The notes under the pieces are model-generated. The model made no database searches, was not told the DNA's origin, and saw only the letters and a program-made list of their open reading frames with translations. A DNA stretch of 32,000 nucleotides from Haloquadratum walsbyi C23. GTDB lineage: Archaea > Halobacteriota > Halobacteria > Halobacteriales > Haloferacaceae. This document shows, in pieces, positions 1 to 9,502 of this stretch. The position numbers were made by a program, and so were the translations under genes. Numbering within the stretch: the first letter of the stretch is position 1; each line of letters starts with the position of its first letter. Where the stretch lies: contig NC_017459.1 in NCBI RefSeq assembly GCF_000237865.1, positions 2,850,001 through 2,882,000 on the forward strand, read 5' to 3'.

Positions 1-2
1 TA

Positions 3-401
3 ATTGAGACAATTGCTCGATTTAATCTCGAAGGCAAAATTCGACGAGTCGGCGTCGTTCCGAATCATTACTCACTTGGATACACTGAAAATGGGATGAC
101 AGTCTGGGATGTTCCTGATGCTCAAGTTGAAACGATTGGTCCGGCAGTTGCCTCACTTCCGTTTGTGACACATTGTTATCATCGACCACGACATGAGGAT
201 GTCTGGTCGTATAATTTCTTTGCGATGACGCATGGTCGCTCGGTTGAGGAAAGTGAGAGGCGAATCCAAATGATCTATGAAATAATGAATGAGCATTGGG
301 ACGTTGCTGATGATGATTGGGATTCACTCTTCTCAACGCAGATTTTGAAGAAAACGGGTATTCGACTTGATGAGCGCGCAACTGCGAATACAGTCTCATA
401 G
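3..401 (+). CDS. siroheme decarboxylase subunit (AhbA/AhbB, NirD/NirH-like), 5' end outside the window
   Basis: The frame of the 96..401 ORF stays open back to nt 3 (IETIARFNLEGKIRRVGVVPNHYSLGYTENGMTVWDV...). The C-terminal pattern VTHCYHRPRH..W.YNFFAMTHGRS matches my memory of Lrp-like siroheme decarboxylases. It sits directly upstream of sirC and hemA. Confidence 0.65.
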   Translation: METIARFNLEGKIRRVGVVPNHYSLGYTENGMTVWDVPDAQVETIGPAVASLPFVTHCYHRPRHEDVWSYNFFAMTHGRSVEESERRIQMIYEIMNEHWDVADDDWDSLFSTQILKKTGIRLDERATANTVS

Positions 402-501
402 CGTGTCAGGTATACAGATATACATATATACATGATTCAAAAAGAGTGGTGTAATTCGATGATGATTATCGAGGGAATATAGCAAAGAAATATACAACGG
501 A

Positions 502-1173
502 ATGATCCCATTATACCACGACTTTACTGAGGAAAAAGTCATGATCTTTGGTGGCGGTCCTGTCGGTGCACGGAAGGCACGCCGATTTAGCTCTGAAGCG
601 CACGTTATAGTCATCAGCCCGACATTTTCTAAAGATAGCTTTGGTACTGCAAGCCTAGTTCGTGCGGCACCATCACCATCGGATGTCCATGAATGGGTTA
701 CACGAGCGGATCCAACACTGATTATCGCTGCGACAGGCAATGATGAACTCAATAATAGTATTGCAGATATTGCACACGATAATGAGCTCCTTCTCAACCG
801 TGCCGACCGGTCAAAAGCGAATTCAAAGGAGAATCGCGCATTGTCAACAGCGTATGAGGTTATGACTCCGGCAACTGTTGAAGACGGTCCTATTCAGGTT
901 GCTGTTTCGACCGGTGGTCGAAGTCCGGCGCTCGCAAAGTATCTTCGAGAACAGATAGAGACTGATATTGAATCCGCGGGTGCAATGGCAACCCTCACTG
1001 CCGATCTTCGTGCCGAACTTCGCGGACGTGAGTGTAGTCCATCGGAACGCCGTGATGCGATTCGCTCGGTCGTCCGCGATCCAGACGTTTGGAAGGGTTT
1101 ACGTACGGGGGAAAATAACGCACGACAAGAGGCAACGCGCGTGATACGCAATACAATGGGAGGTGAGCGATGA
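502..1173 (+). CDS. sirC: precorrin-2 dehydrogenase / sirohydrochlorin ferrochelatase (SirC/Met8 type)
   Basis: 223 aa. N-terminal Rossmann motif VMIFGGGPVGARKARRF, and the size and layout of the CysG N-terminal domain family. Its stop overlaps the hemA start (ATGA at 1170-1173). Confidence 0.75.
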   Translation: MIPLYHDFTEEKVMIFGGGPVGARKARRFSSEAHVIVISPTFSKDSFGTASLVRAAPSPSDVHEWVTRADPTLIIAATGNDELNNSIADIAHDNELLLNRADRSKANSKENRALSTAYEVMTPATVEDGPIQVAVSTGGRSPALAKYLREQIETDIESAGAMATLTADLRAELRGRECSPSERRDAIRSVVRDPDVWKGLRTGENNARQEATRVIRNTMGGER

Positions 1174-2534
1174 ATACAGGGGTTATCTGTGGCGTACGAG
1201 TTTCCCACAATCGTGCAAGCGTTGAAGAGATTGAATTGGCAGGTGAACGGGATAGTCGAACAATCATGGAGACTCTTCTCACGCGTGATGGAATCACCGA
1301 ATCATTCGCTATTCAAACATGTAATCGATCAGAAGCTTATGTTGTTGCCGATGGCGCAGTTGCAGGTCGACGCGCACTCGCGAGTTTCGCACCCGATGTG
1401 CGCGATGGTGCTGTTGTTGACATGTCTCATGAAGAGAGTCTTCGGCACTTACTCCGGGTAGCAACTGGACTTGAGTCGCTTGTCTTGGGTGAGGATCAGA
1501 TTCTTGGTCAATTCAAACGTGCCATTGAGGTAGCTCGTGGAATTGGCGCACTGGGTCCTATGCTGGAGGCTGGCGTAACAAAGGCTATTCATGTTGGTGA
1601 GCGAGCACGAAGTGAAACTTCAATTAATGAGGGTGCGGTCTCAATCGGATCTGCAGCCGTTCGACTTGCTGGGCAATCAGTTGGACTCAATGGTCGAAAA
1701 GCACTCGTCATTGGTGCTGGTGAGATGGGCTCATTGGTTGCTGAGTCACTTGCATCGACGAACATCTCTGAGGTTGTTATTGCAAATCGAACCATCGAAA
1801 ACGCTGAGTCTATTGCTGAAACGATTAACAGTCCAGCTTATGCGGTATCGCTTGATTCTCTTACAGAGGTAATCACTGAGGCGTCGATTATTATGACTGC
1901 AACAGGCTACGGAAAGTATCTTATTGAGCCCACAGACATCGATGGTGCTGGTGAGACGTTTATAATCGATCTCGCACAGCCACGAAACGTGCATCCAGCG
2001 ACTGCCGATATTGAAAACGCTATTGTTCAAGATATCGATGCCCTCGAATCAATTACAAAGGAAACGGAGGCATCTCGACAGGCTGCTGCGCGAGAGGTTG
2101 ATGCGATGATTGATGAGGAGTTTGACCGCCTCCTTGAATCATACAAGCGACAACGAGCTGATGAAGCGATCAGTGAAATGTATGAGGCTGCAGAACATGT
2201 CAAGCGACGCGAAGTTGAAACAGCGCTTGAAAAACTGGAGAAACAGGGTACATTAACGGATAATCAGCGTGAAACAGTCTCATCAATGGCAGATACATTG
2301 ATCAATCAGTTACTTGCCGCACCGACAAAGAGTCTCCGAGATGCGGCTGCTGAGGATGATTGGACAACGATTCAAACCGCAATGACGCTCTTTGACCCCA
2401 ACTTTGGCGGCGATACACCACAGCCTGACCGCCCTGATGATATTCCACGGGCAGCTGAGCGGGGTGATATTTCCGGTGATGATCTTCCTGATGAGGTGCC
2501 GAATCATATCGCAGAAAAGGTCTCCGATGGGTGA
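1170..2534 (+). CDS. hemA: glutamyl-tRNA reductase
   Basis: 454 aa. Catalytic-Cys motif QTCNRSE, NADPH motif GAGEMG, a long C-terminal dimerisation helix and an acidic tail. Confidence 0.92.
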   Translation: MNTGVICGVRVSHNRASVEEIELAGERDSRTIMETLLTRDGITESFAIQTCNRSEAYVVADGAVAGRRALASFAPDVRDGAVVDMSHEESLRHLLRVATGLESLVLGEDQILGQFKRAIEVARGIGALGPMLEAGVTKAIHVGERARSETSINEGAVSIGSAAVRLAGQSVGLNGRKALVIGAGEMGSLVAESLASTNISEVVIANRTIENAESIAETINSPAYAVSLDSLTEVITEASIIMTATGYGKYLIEPTDIDGAGETFIIDLAQPRNVHPATADIENAIVQDIDALESITKETEASRQAAAREVDAMIDEEFDRLLESYKRQRADEAISEMYEAAEHVKRREVETALEKLEKQGTLTDNQRETVSSMADTLINQLLAAPTKSLRDAAAEDDWTTIQTAMTLFDPNFGGDTPQPDRPDDIPRAAERGDISGDDLPDEVPNHIAEKVSDG

Positions 2535-2834
2535 GCTAGCGAGACTGAACCGCATTACTATGCAGCATTCGGCTGATTATCTTAGGATGGAAGTCAATCC
2601 ATTGAGTATTCGTTCAGGTAGATGCACACGTAGACCAGAAAATAGTCTAACCGCCGTCCACGCCGGTTAAATGGGTTCGGCTGATAGCTATCCGTTCATA
2701 TTTCATATGTCATATGTCATCTTTTGAACTGTTCACTTTGGATGCTATGTGCGAGTTGTCTCGAATCATGTATAGATTGAGTAGTAGTTAGCCGAACGAT
2801 TATTCAGGTGGGAACGTCTATATAATATTATTAC

Positions 2835-3110
2835 ATGAGCGGATTACTATCTGATGAGGAAATTGAGACCGCTTTACCGTCAGAGTGGGAGCACGATAAT
2901 GATGAGATTGTTCGAATATATGATTTTGATGCGTATCTTCCTGGTGTTGAATTTGTATCAACGGTTGGTGAGATCGCTGAGGATGCGTTTCATCATCCAG
3001 AGATTATTCTTCGATACGCTGAGGTTGAGGTTCGTTTAACAACACATGATGCCGGTGGTATTACTAAAAACGATACGGATCTTGCAGCACGGTTCGATGA
3101 GGCGTATTAA
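2835..3110 (+). CDS. pterin-4-alpha-carbinolamine dehydratase (PCD/DCoH, COG2154)
   Basis: 91 aa. Family-typical layout with AFHHPEI followed by a TH..GG.T segment. Confidence 0.85.
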   Translation: MSGLLSDEEIETALPSEWEHDNDEIVRIYDFDAYLPGVEFVSTVGEIAEDAFHHPEIILRYAEVEVRLTTHDAGGITKNDTDLAARFDEAY

Positions 3111-3152
3111 ATTGCATTCAAAAGAGTATATAGATGTCTTCTCTACTCACCA

Positions 3153-3890
3153 ATGAGTAAAACACAAATTGAGATTGCTGGAGATAATAAAGAGGTGAAG
3201 CAAGATATGTCGACGTATACAGCAACAGAAAAGCCTGAATCGCATATTGTTGCCACCGACTATGATTTCTGGCTCTTCGATTTTGATGGGACAATTGTTG
3301 ATGTTGAATGGGAATATACTCGTTCTGTTTTTGACCGTGTCGGCAATCAACTTGGGGTGTCATTTAGTGATACGGACGCTGCGCAACTCTGGCACGGTCT
3401 TGGTGATCCACGAAATGCGCAGATCCAAGCTTTAGGGATAGATCCAGATACGTTCTGGCCGGCTCTACACGAGGTCGAAGACCCAATCGCCCGGGCAGAG
3501 GCAACATATCTTCATGAGGATGCAGCAGTTCTTCTCAATGAATTACATGCGGCGAATGTACCCGTTGGAGTTGTGACGCATTGTCAGTCATTCCTCGCTC
3601 AACCGGTGGTTGATTATCTCGATATTGAGGATTGGTTCGATTCTTTCGTAACCTGCACGTCTGAATTAGGATGGAAGCCTGACCCGGGTCCAGTTTATCA
3701 TGCTATTGAATCGCTTGGACAAGACCCATCGACACCTACAACTGGAGTGCTTGCTGGCGATGCACCAAGTGATGTTGGAGCTGCATGGAATGCTGGACTT
3801 GCGGGTCTGCATGTTGAGCGACATTCACCGGAACAGCGTGGTCGTTGTGTACTTGGTGACTACCGCGTGGACTCACTCGATATAATATAA
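3153..3890 (+). CDS. HAD-superfamily hydrolase (subfamily IA-like)
   Basis: 245 aa. Motif I LFDFDGTIVD, motif II VVTH, motif III WKPDP, motif IV GDAPSD. The start could instead be the Met at 3207. Confidence 0.75.
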   Translation: MSKTQIEIAGDNKEVKQDMSTYTATEKPESHIVATDYDFWLFDFDGTIVDVEWEYTRSVFDRVGNQLGVSFSDTDAAQLWHGLGDPRNAQIQALGIDPDTFWPALHEVEDPIARAEATYLHEDAAVLLNELHAANVPVGVVTHCQSFLAQPVVDYLDIEDWFDSFVTCTSELGWKPDPGPVYHAIESLGQDPSTPTTGVLAGDAPSDVGAAWNAGLAGLHVERHSPEQRGRCVLGDYRVDSLDII

Positions 3891-3994
3891 CGTAGCATGA
3901 CATAAGCATAAAAATAATACCAGGACTCTATCCGGTAACGAAATAATATTTAAGAGAATAACTTATAGATATTGTGAAAATTATATTTAATTGA

Positions 3995-5884
3995 TTAATG
4001 CTCATACCCGTGATATGAGTCGATATTCACCGTATCAGAGTCAAGATGATCCGATAGCTCTTCAACGCCTGATTTTTCAATACGATTTGGGTTAGCCTCA
4101 ACGCTTACTTGCTGTGTACCAAGCGAAATGAATTCGAGATCACGCTCAGTCGCCGTTATACGGAGTCCTAATCCGGTATCTGCGTTTCCCTGTATGATGG
4201 CTCGTGCAGGGCTTTCAACACCTTTTGCCCCTCGTTCATACCCCTGAATTGACTGTGTGAGTTTTCGTCGAGAGACGTTACGGTCGTCTGCGAGTGAGTC
4301 GATGGTTGCATCAAGTTCACGTCGAAGTCCCGAGTCAGTTCGACGATTAACGAATTGCTGATTCAGTTCGATAATATCCGATAGTTCGTCGATATTAGCA
4401 GGATTTCCTGTTGGGACGAGAAGTCCCCATTCTCTTTTCCACGAACCGAGCGAAATGGTATCAAGAGACCGGTCACTTGGTCCAGCAACAACAGCAATGT
4501 CTGGAACATCATTGCGGAGTCGGCGTCTACCCTCACGACTACCGATAGCGAGATATCGGGGGTTCGATAATGTATCAAGTATACGCGAGAAAACAGGATC
4601 ATCCTCGCCGATACCAAGGAGTGTTGGCGGTCGAACATCTGGAGAGAATAGCTCAACAGTTACAGACTCCCCTGTGGCGAGATACTCCGTATCAGGGTCA
4701 ACAGCAACAACCCCGTCAGCCTCAACAAGTGATGTTGTCGCACCCGACCCTTTGTCAACAGGATATACAAGCGTTTCACCCACTGTATTGCTGACAGTTC
4801 CGACAGGCATCAATCGCAATCGTCCTTCTGCATATCGCTCCTCGACAGCCATCTTCCCAGTGAGTGTCGCCGTTTGTGGGTTCGGCTGCCCAGCAACTGA
4901 TCGGATTGCAGGGGCAACGAACAACCGGAATATTGTGAGTGCTGAAACAGGATATCCTGGAAGACCAATATAGGCGCTGCCGTCAAGTTCACCCACAAGC
5001 ATCGGTTTCCCTGGTTTGACCGCAACGCCATGGAGTCGAAGATCTCCACGTGATTCAATAACACGATAAATCACATCGACTGCTGATGCCGATGTCGACC
5101 CAGAAGATAATACAAGATCACATTCATCGGCTGCCTCAATGAGCAGCTGTTCCATCTCATCATAATCATCACCAGTGTGTGGATACAATTTTGCCTCACC
5201 ACCTGCCTCCTCAACACCCGCAGCAATAGTGTAACTGTTGACATCATATATTTGACCACGGGTGGTATCGAGTGTTGACCCTGGTCTGACGAGTTCATCA
5301 CCCGTCGAAACAATCCCAACGGTCGGGCGACCACGGACAGGAACCGACTCAACACCAAGTGCTGAGAGAAGTCCAATTTCTCGTGGCGTGAGTCGTGTCC
5401 CCGGTCCCAATGCCCGTGTTCCGGCAGCAACATCAGTCCCGGCAATCATTACATTATCACCTGGCGCGACCGCATCATGCACACGCACTGTCGCTCCATC
5501 ATCATGCTCTTGTGTTCGTTCAACGATGACAACAGCATCAGCACCTGACGGCATCACTGCACCTGTTGATATTTCTGCAGCCTCTCCTGAATCGACGGTG
5601 ATATCTGGTGTTGCCCCAGCATGAACGGCTCCAATGCGATCGAGGTCAACTGGAGCGGCCTCATCAGCACCGAAAGTATCCCGACCACGGACAGCGTATC
5701 CGTCCATACTTGCTCGGTCAAATCCTGGAACATCAATATCAGCATCAATGCGTTCTGCGAGCACACGACCACGGGCTGACGTCAACGAGACAGTTTCAGG
5801 CGGCGATGCTATTGGCAGATCATGAATAATTTCATGAGCAACGTCTGGAGAAACGAGATCACGAAACTCTCGTCGGTCGGTCAT
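3995..5884 (-). CDS. moeA: molybdopterin molybdenumtransferase MoeA fused to a C-terminal PBP-like (ModE/periplasmic-binding-type) domain
   Basis: MoeA N, MPT-binding and C-terminal domains (SMDGYAV, STGDEL, SGSTSAS, LPGYPVSA) followed by about 220 extra residues. I prefer the ATG at 5884 (MTDRREF...) because it forms an ATGA overlap with the upstream moeA stop at 5881-5883. The ORF track extends to 5899. Confidence 0.85.
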   Translation of the reverse strand: MTDRREFRDLVSPDVAHEIIHDLPIASPPETVSLTSARGRVLAERIDADIDVPGFDRASMDGYAVRGRDTFGADEAAPVDLDRIGAVHAGATPDITVDSGEAAEISTGAVMPSGADAVVIVERTQEHDDGATVRVHDAVAPGDNVMIAGTDVAAGTRALGPGTRLTPREIGLLSALGVESVPVRGRPTVGIVSTGDELVRPGSTLDTTRGQIYDVNSYTIAAGVEEAGGEAKLYPHTGDDYDEMEQLLIEAADECDLVLSSGSTSASAVDVIYRVIESRGDLRLHGVAVKPGKPMLVGELDGSAYIGLPGYPVSALTIFRLFVAPAIRSVAGQPNPQTATLTGKMAVEERYAEGRLRLMPVGTVSNTVGETLVYPVDKGSGATTSLVEADGVVAVDPDTEYLATGESVTVELFSPDVRPPTLLGIGEDDPVFSRILDTLSNPRYLAIGSREGRRRLRNDVPDIAVVAGPSDRSLDTISLGSWKREWGLLVPTGNPANIDELSDIIELNQQFVNRRTDSGLRRELDATIDSLADDRNVSRRKLTQSIQGYERGAKGVESPARAIIQGNADTGLGLRITATERDLEFISLGTQQVSVEANPNRIEKSGVEELSDHLDSDTVNIDSYHGYEH

Positions 5885-7230
5885 GTTGACCACTCCCACT
5901 GCTCGACGGACACGGTCTCACCGGCATCAAGTCCCTCGCGCGATTCAGGAACGATTACCCAGCCGTCTGCAAGCGCGACTGATGAAAGTACTCCTGACCC
6001 AGACGCTCGTGTCGGTTTTGCTATTGTTGAGATGACATCATTAGTATCGATATTAGTGTCGATGTAAGCGTCAGTATCGATATCGGAATCAGCAGCAGTC
6101 GTGGTCTCTGTTCGAACCCGTGCGAATGTTCGCACTCCTGGCTCGCTAGGAATTTTCTGTGAAAGTTGAGCCGTTGTTGTTGGAGGCGAATTACACGGGA
6201 GATGTCCAATATACTTTAGAATCGGGCGAAGGAATTGTACTGCATTGACGATTGCTGCAACAGGGTATCCAGGTAATATGATCACCGGAGTGTCCTCAAT
6301 AATCCCAAGTGCAACCGGATGACCAGGCTTGAGCGCTACGCCATGGACAAGCACTGATCCAAGGGTATCGATGATTTCTGGGACAAGATCTCTTGACCCC
6401 ACTGAGGATCCACCCGTCGTTACAACAACATCCTTTGTTAGGTCCCGCTGGATAGCCGCGCGAAGCGCCGCCGGATCATCTGTGACGACGTTCCGATATG
6501 TTGCAATACCACCCCATCGGTTAGCAAGATGAGAAACAGTCAGCCCATTTGTCTCAACAACCTCACCAGGACCTGGATTAGATTGAACAAGTTCCTCACC
6601 GGTCGGAATGACTCCAACAGTCGGGCGTTCATACACTTGAACACGATCATGTCCAACTGATTTCAACAATCCAAGATCAGAGGGTCGAAGTTGATGACCT
6701 GGATTATACAGTGATTGTGATTCTGCAACATCCTCACCAATAGGTGCAACATTCTCACGCTCGGTGACTGCATCGAATACCTCAATTTCAGTCCCGACTT
6801 GTGTTACCTGTTCAATCATTACGACTGCATTTGCCCCATCTGGAAGTGCACTTCCAGTGTGCACACGAACTGCTTCATTGGGACCGACTGGTGTATCTGG
6901 GACTGATTCGGCTGTATCATCAGCGACCTGAAGTACCTTCGGTGAGCGATCACCAGCACCGAATGTGTCATGAGCCTGAACAGCCCACCCATCCATCGCA
7001 GCACGTTCATAACCTGGGACTGCTCGTGGTGCAGTAATAGGTTCTGCAAGCACACGGCTGTCCGCTTGTCCGAGTGATAAATTATCAATCCGCTCATGAG
7101 GACTGATATCTCCTAATAGCTGACGACGGGCTTCTGCAAGTTTAGTTCGATTTTTGAATCCCGACGACCGGCGATCAGGATCAGAGGCGTCCCCGGCGTC
7201 AGTGGCGTCAGTGCTATCCATAACTACCAT
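5881..7230 (-). CDS. moeA: molybdopterin molybdenumtransferase MoeA (second paralog)
   Basis: MoeA motifs AMDGWAV, PTGEEL, TTGGSSVGSRD, LPGYPVAA. The first 43 codons of the track ORF (from 7359) are hydrophobic and AT-rich and look non-coding. ATG 7230 (MVVMDSTD) or ATG 7221 is the likely start. Confidence 0.85.
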   Translation of the reverse strand: MVVMDSTDATDAGDASDPDRRSSGFKNRTKLAEARRQLLGDISPHERIDNLSLGQADSRVLAEPITAPRAVPGYERAAMDGWAVQAHDTFGAGDRSPKVLQVADDTAESVPDTPVGPNEAVRVHTGSALPDGANAVVMIEQVTQVGTEIEVFDAVTERENVAPIGEDVAESQSLYNPGHQLRPSDLGLLKSVGHDRVQVYERPTVGVIPTGEELVQSNPGPGEVVETNGLTVSHLANRWGGIATYRNVVTDDPAALRAAIQRDLTKDVVVTTGGSSVGSRDLVPEIIDTLGSVLVHGVALKPGHPVALGIIEDTPVIILPGYPVAAIVNAVQFLRPILKYIGHLPCNSPPTTTAQLSQKIPSEPGVRTFARVRTETTTAADSDIDTDAYIDTNIDTNDVISTIAKPTRASGSGVLSSVALADGWVIVPESREGLDAGETVSVEQWEWST

Positions 7231-7424
7231 TTTGGTATGCGCGTAGAAAAGTTTCTCCCGGCTTATCGGATTCAATTTCGATAATGTCTGTAGATCAATA
7301 ATTCCTATTACACTCATCGTTATATGAAAGATATACAATATTTCAATTATGCATACCATATGATAAAACAGATGAGAGTTACACTATCACGTCGCCGTCA
7401 ACCGCGGGCTTTTTCGACCTCCCG

Positions 7425-7811
7425 ATGCTGAACATATGTATGTCACCATTGCGGGATGCATTGCAGGAGCTTCCGTCCGCAGTTTTCGCTGATTTATTAG
7501 AATCTGCGGACGCATATCTTGTCGTCCTTGATCTCCCAGGCGTGACAGCCGATACGACAACGCTCAGCGTCGACCGAGGACGGCTCTCTGTTGAGGCGCG
7601 ACGTGAAAAGGACCTCCCATCAGATGAGGACTTCCGCTATATCCGTGAAGAGCGGTCACTATTTCTAGATGTTGACCTTCCGCTCCCGCCTGATGCGACA
7701 GGTTCTGGTGCGTCTGCAGAAATGGATCGTGGAGTCCTGGAGATTACACTACCTAAGCGAGACGCGGCTCCAGATCAGACGATTCCTATCTCGTCTCCTG
7801 AGGGCGCCTAA
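7425..7811 (+). CDS. small heat-shock protein, Hsp20/alpha-crystallin family
   Basis: 128 aa. Alpha-crystallin-like core YLVVLDLPGV...LSVEARRE...GVLEITLPK. An alternative in-frame ATG lies at 7440. Confidence 0.8.
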   Translation: MLNICMSPLRDALQELPSAVFADLLESADAYLVVLDLPGVTADTTTLSVDRGRLSVEARREKDLPSDEDFRYIREERSLFLDVDLPLPPDATGSGASAEMDRGVLEITLPKRDAAPDQTIPISSPEGA

Positions 7812-7822
7812 GGCGTGATGGA

Positions 7823-9502
7823 GTGGTCACGGCGGTGAATCTTCGAGCATACTGGCGGTTCCTTGTCGTTATTCGACAGTTTTTCCCGCTGATTATTGCA
7901 TATGCCCGCGACAAGCGGAAATATTTATTATTCGGTGGCACACGAAGTGTCAACGCCGAAACACAGACAGCACGAGCTGAGATCTTACTTGAATCATTAC
8001 TGACGCTGGGTCCGACATTCATCAAACTTGGACAATTACTATCGACCCGCCCAGACGTACTTCCTGCGGAGTATATTGAGGTTCTCTCAAGTCTTCAAGA
8101 TGATGTGCCACCAGCGCCATGGGCGGAATCAAAAGTTGTTATTGAGGATGAGCTTGGTCCGGTCGACGAGATATATGATGATTTTGATCGTGAGCCAATT
8201 AGTGGTGCGAGTCTCGGTCAGGTATACACAGCTACCTACGATGATGATCCCGTCGCGGTGAAGATCCGACGTCCAGGAATTGAAACGCTCGTTGAAGCAG
8301 ACCTCCGGGTTGTCAGATGGTCATTGCCGATTGTGAGACGATTTATTGGACAAGGACGGGCATTTTCACTTGAAAATCTTGCCGATGAATTTGCAAAAAC
8401 GATTCGTCAAGAAATGGACTACGACCGTGAACGTCGGATTTTACAGCAGATTCGGTCGAATTTCAGGTCAGTCGATGATATTCGAATTCCTGAGGCAATT
8501 GAATCACGCTCAGGATCCCGAGTCCTGACTATGGAGTATCTTCCAGGGACGAAAATTAATAATATTGAAGAACTGGATGAGATGGGACTCAACCGCACAA
8601 GATTAGCTGAGACACTTCAAGAAGTGTATTTACAAATGATTATTGGAGATGGAGTATTCCATGCAGACCCACATCCGGGGAATTTAGCAGTGACTGAAAC
8701 AGGTACGGTCATCTTTTATGACTTCGGGATGTCTGGGACTGTCGGTCCGTTTATTCAAGAAAAAATCATCGATTTCTATGTTGCTGTTGCGAATCAAGAT
8801 ATTGATGGAATTCTGGATGCGCTCATTGAGATGGGAACACTTTCGCCAGAAGCAGACCGGGAGGTAATGGGAAATGTTATGCAACTAGCAATTGCTGATG
8901 CCCGGGGTGAAGATATTGAGCAATATCGTGTGCAACAGATTGTCGATCAGGTCGAGTCGACAATATATGAATTCCCGCTAAGACTTCCACGTAATCTTGC
9001 ATTGGTTCTTCGTGTGGCAACAGTTGTTGAGGGTGTTTGTGTAACGCTTGACCCAGAGTTTGATTTTATCTCTGTTGCAACTGACTATATTGAGTCAGAA
9101 GGATATTATGAGGAGACAGCGCGAAAACTCCTTGCAGATGCAGGCACGCAGACACAAGACACAGCACGTGCGCTCGTTGAGGTACCACCGAAACTCAACG
9201 GGGTACTTGATAGAATTGAGCGAGATAATCTATCTGTCGATGTTCGACTACAGGATCAAAGCAATGTGATCGACCGACTTGCAAGGCGGATTGTATATGG
9301 ATTATTTGTCGCCGTCGGTGCGCTTTCGACAGCTATTCTCTATGCATTCGACCAATCAAGTGTACTTCCAGCGACTGTTGCAGCGGTGCTAACCCTTCCT
9401 GTGATCATTGCGTTATACCGGTCATTTCGATCAAAGCGTGGCGTACAGACAAAGCCACAATTTACACGACAGAGTATGCGAGAACGCCGCGGTCGTGATT
9501 AG
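7823..9502 (+). CDS. ABC1/UbiB-family atypical protein kinase, C-terminal membrane anchor
   Basis: 559 aa. GASLGQVY, VAVKIRRPG, HADPHPGNL and DFGM motifs, plus a hydrophobic C-terminal segment. It uses a GTG start (7823, or GTG 7835 giving MNLRAYWRF) only 11 nt after the hsp20 stop. Confidence 0.85.
   Translation: MVTAVNLRAYWRFLVVIRQFFPLIIAYARDKRKYLLFGGTRSVNAETQTARAEILLESLLTLGPTFIKLGQLLSTRPDVLPAEYIEVLSSLQDDVPPAPWAESKVVIEDELGPVDEIYDDFDREPISGASLGQVYTATYDDDPVAVKIRRPGIETLVEADLRVVRWSLPIVRRFIGQGRAFSLENLADEFAKTIRQEMDYDRERRILQQIRSNFRSVDDIRIPEAIESRSGSRVLTMEYLPGTKINNIEELDEMGLNRTRLAETLQEVYLQMIIGDGVFHADPHPGNLAVTETGTVIFYDFGMSGTVGPFIQEKIIDFYVAVANQDIDGILDALIEMGTLSPEADREVMGNVMQLAIADARGEDIEQYRVQQIVDQVESTIYEFPLRLPRNLALVLRVATVVEGVCVTLDPEFDFISVATDYIESEGYYEETARKLLADAGTQTQDTARALVEVPPKLNGVLDRIERDNLSVDVRLQDQSNVIDRLARRIVYGLFVAVGALSTAILYAFDQSSVLPATVAAVLTLPVIIALYRSFRSKRGVQTKPQFTRQSMRERRGRD

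Noticed and set aside
4455-4973. Long antisense or alternative-frame ORFs inside well-supported genes (4455..4973, 5262..5624, 11613..11948, 12557..12928, 13194..13751, 14022..14486, 18802..19191, 20802..21320, 22088..22567, 24639..25070, 26882..27241, 29846..30247, 30287..30712)
   Set aside because: Each lies entirely within a gene that has clear family motifs on the other frame or strand. Their products are Ser/Arg/Pro-rich or otherwise low-complexity and lack the acidic halophilic signature.
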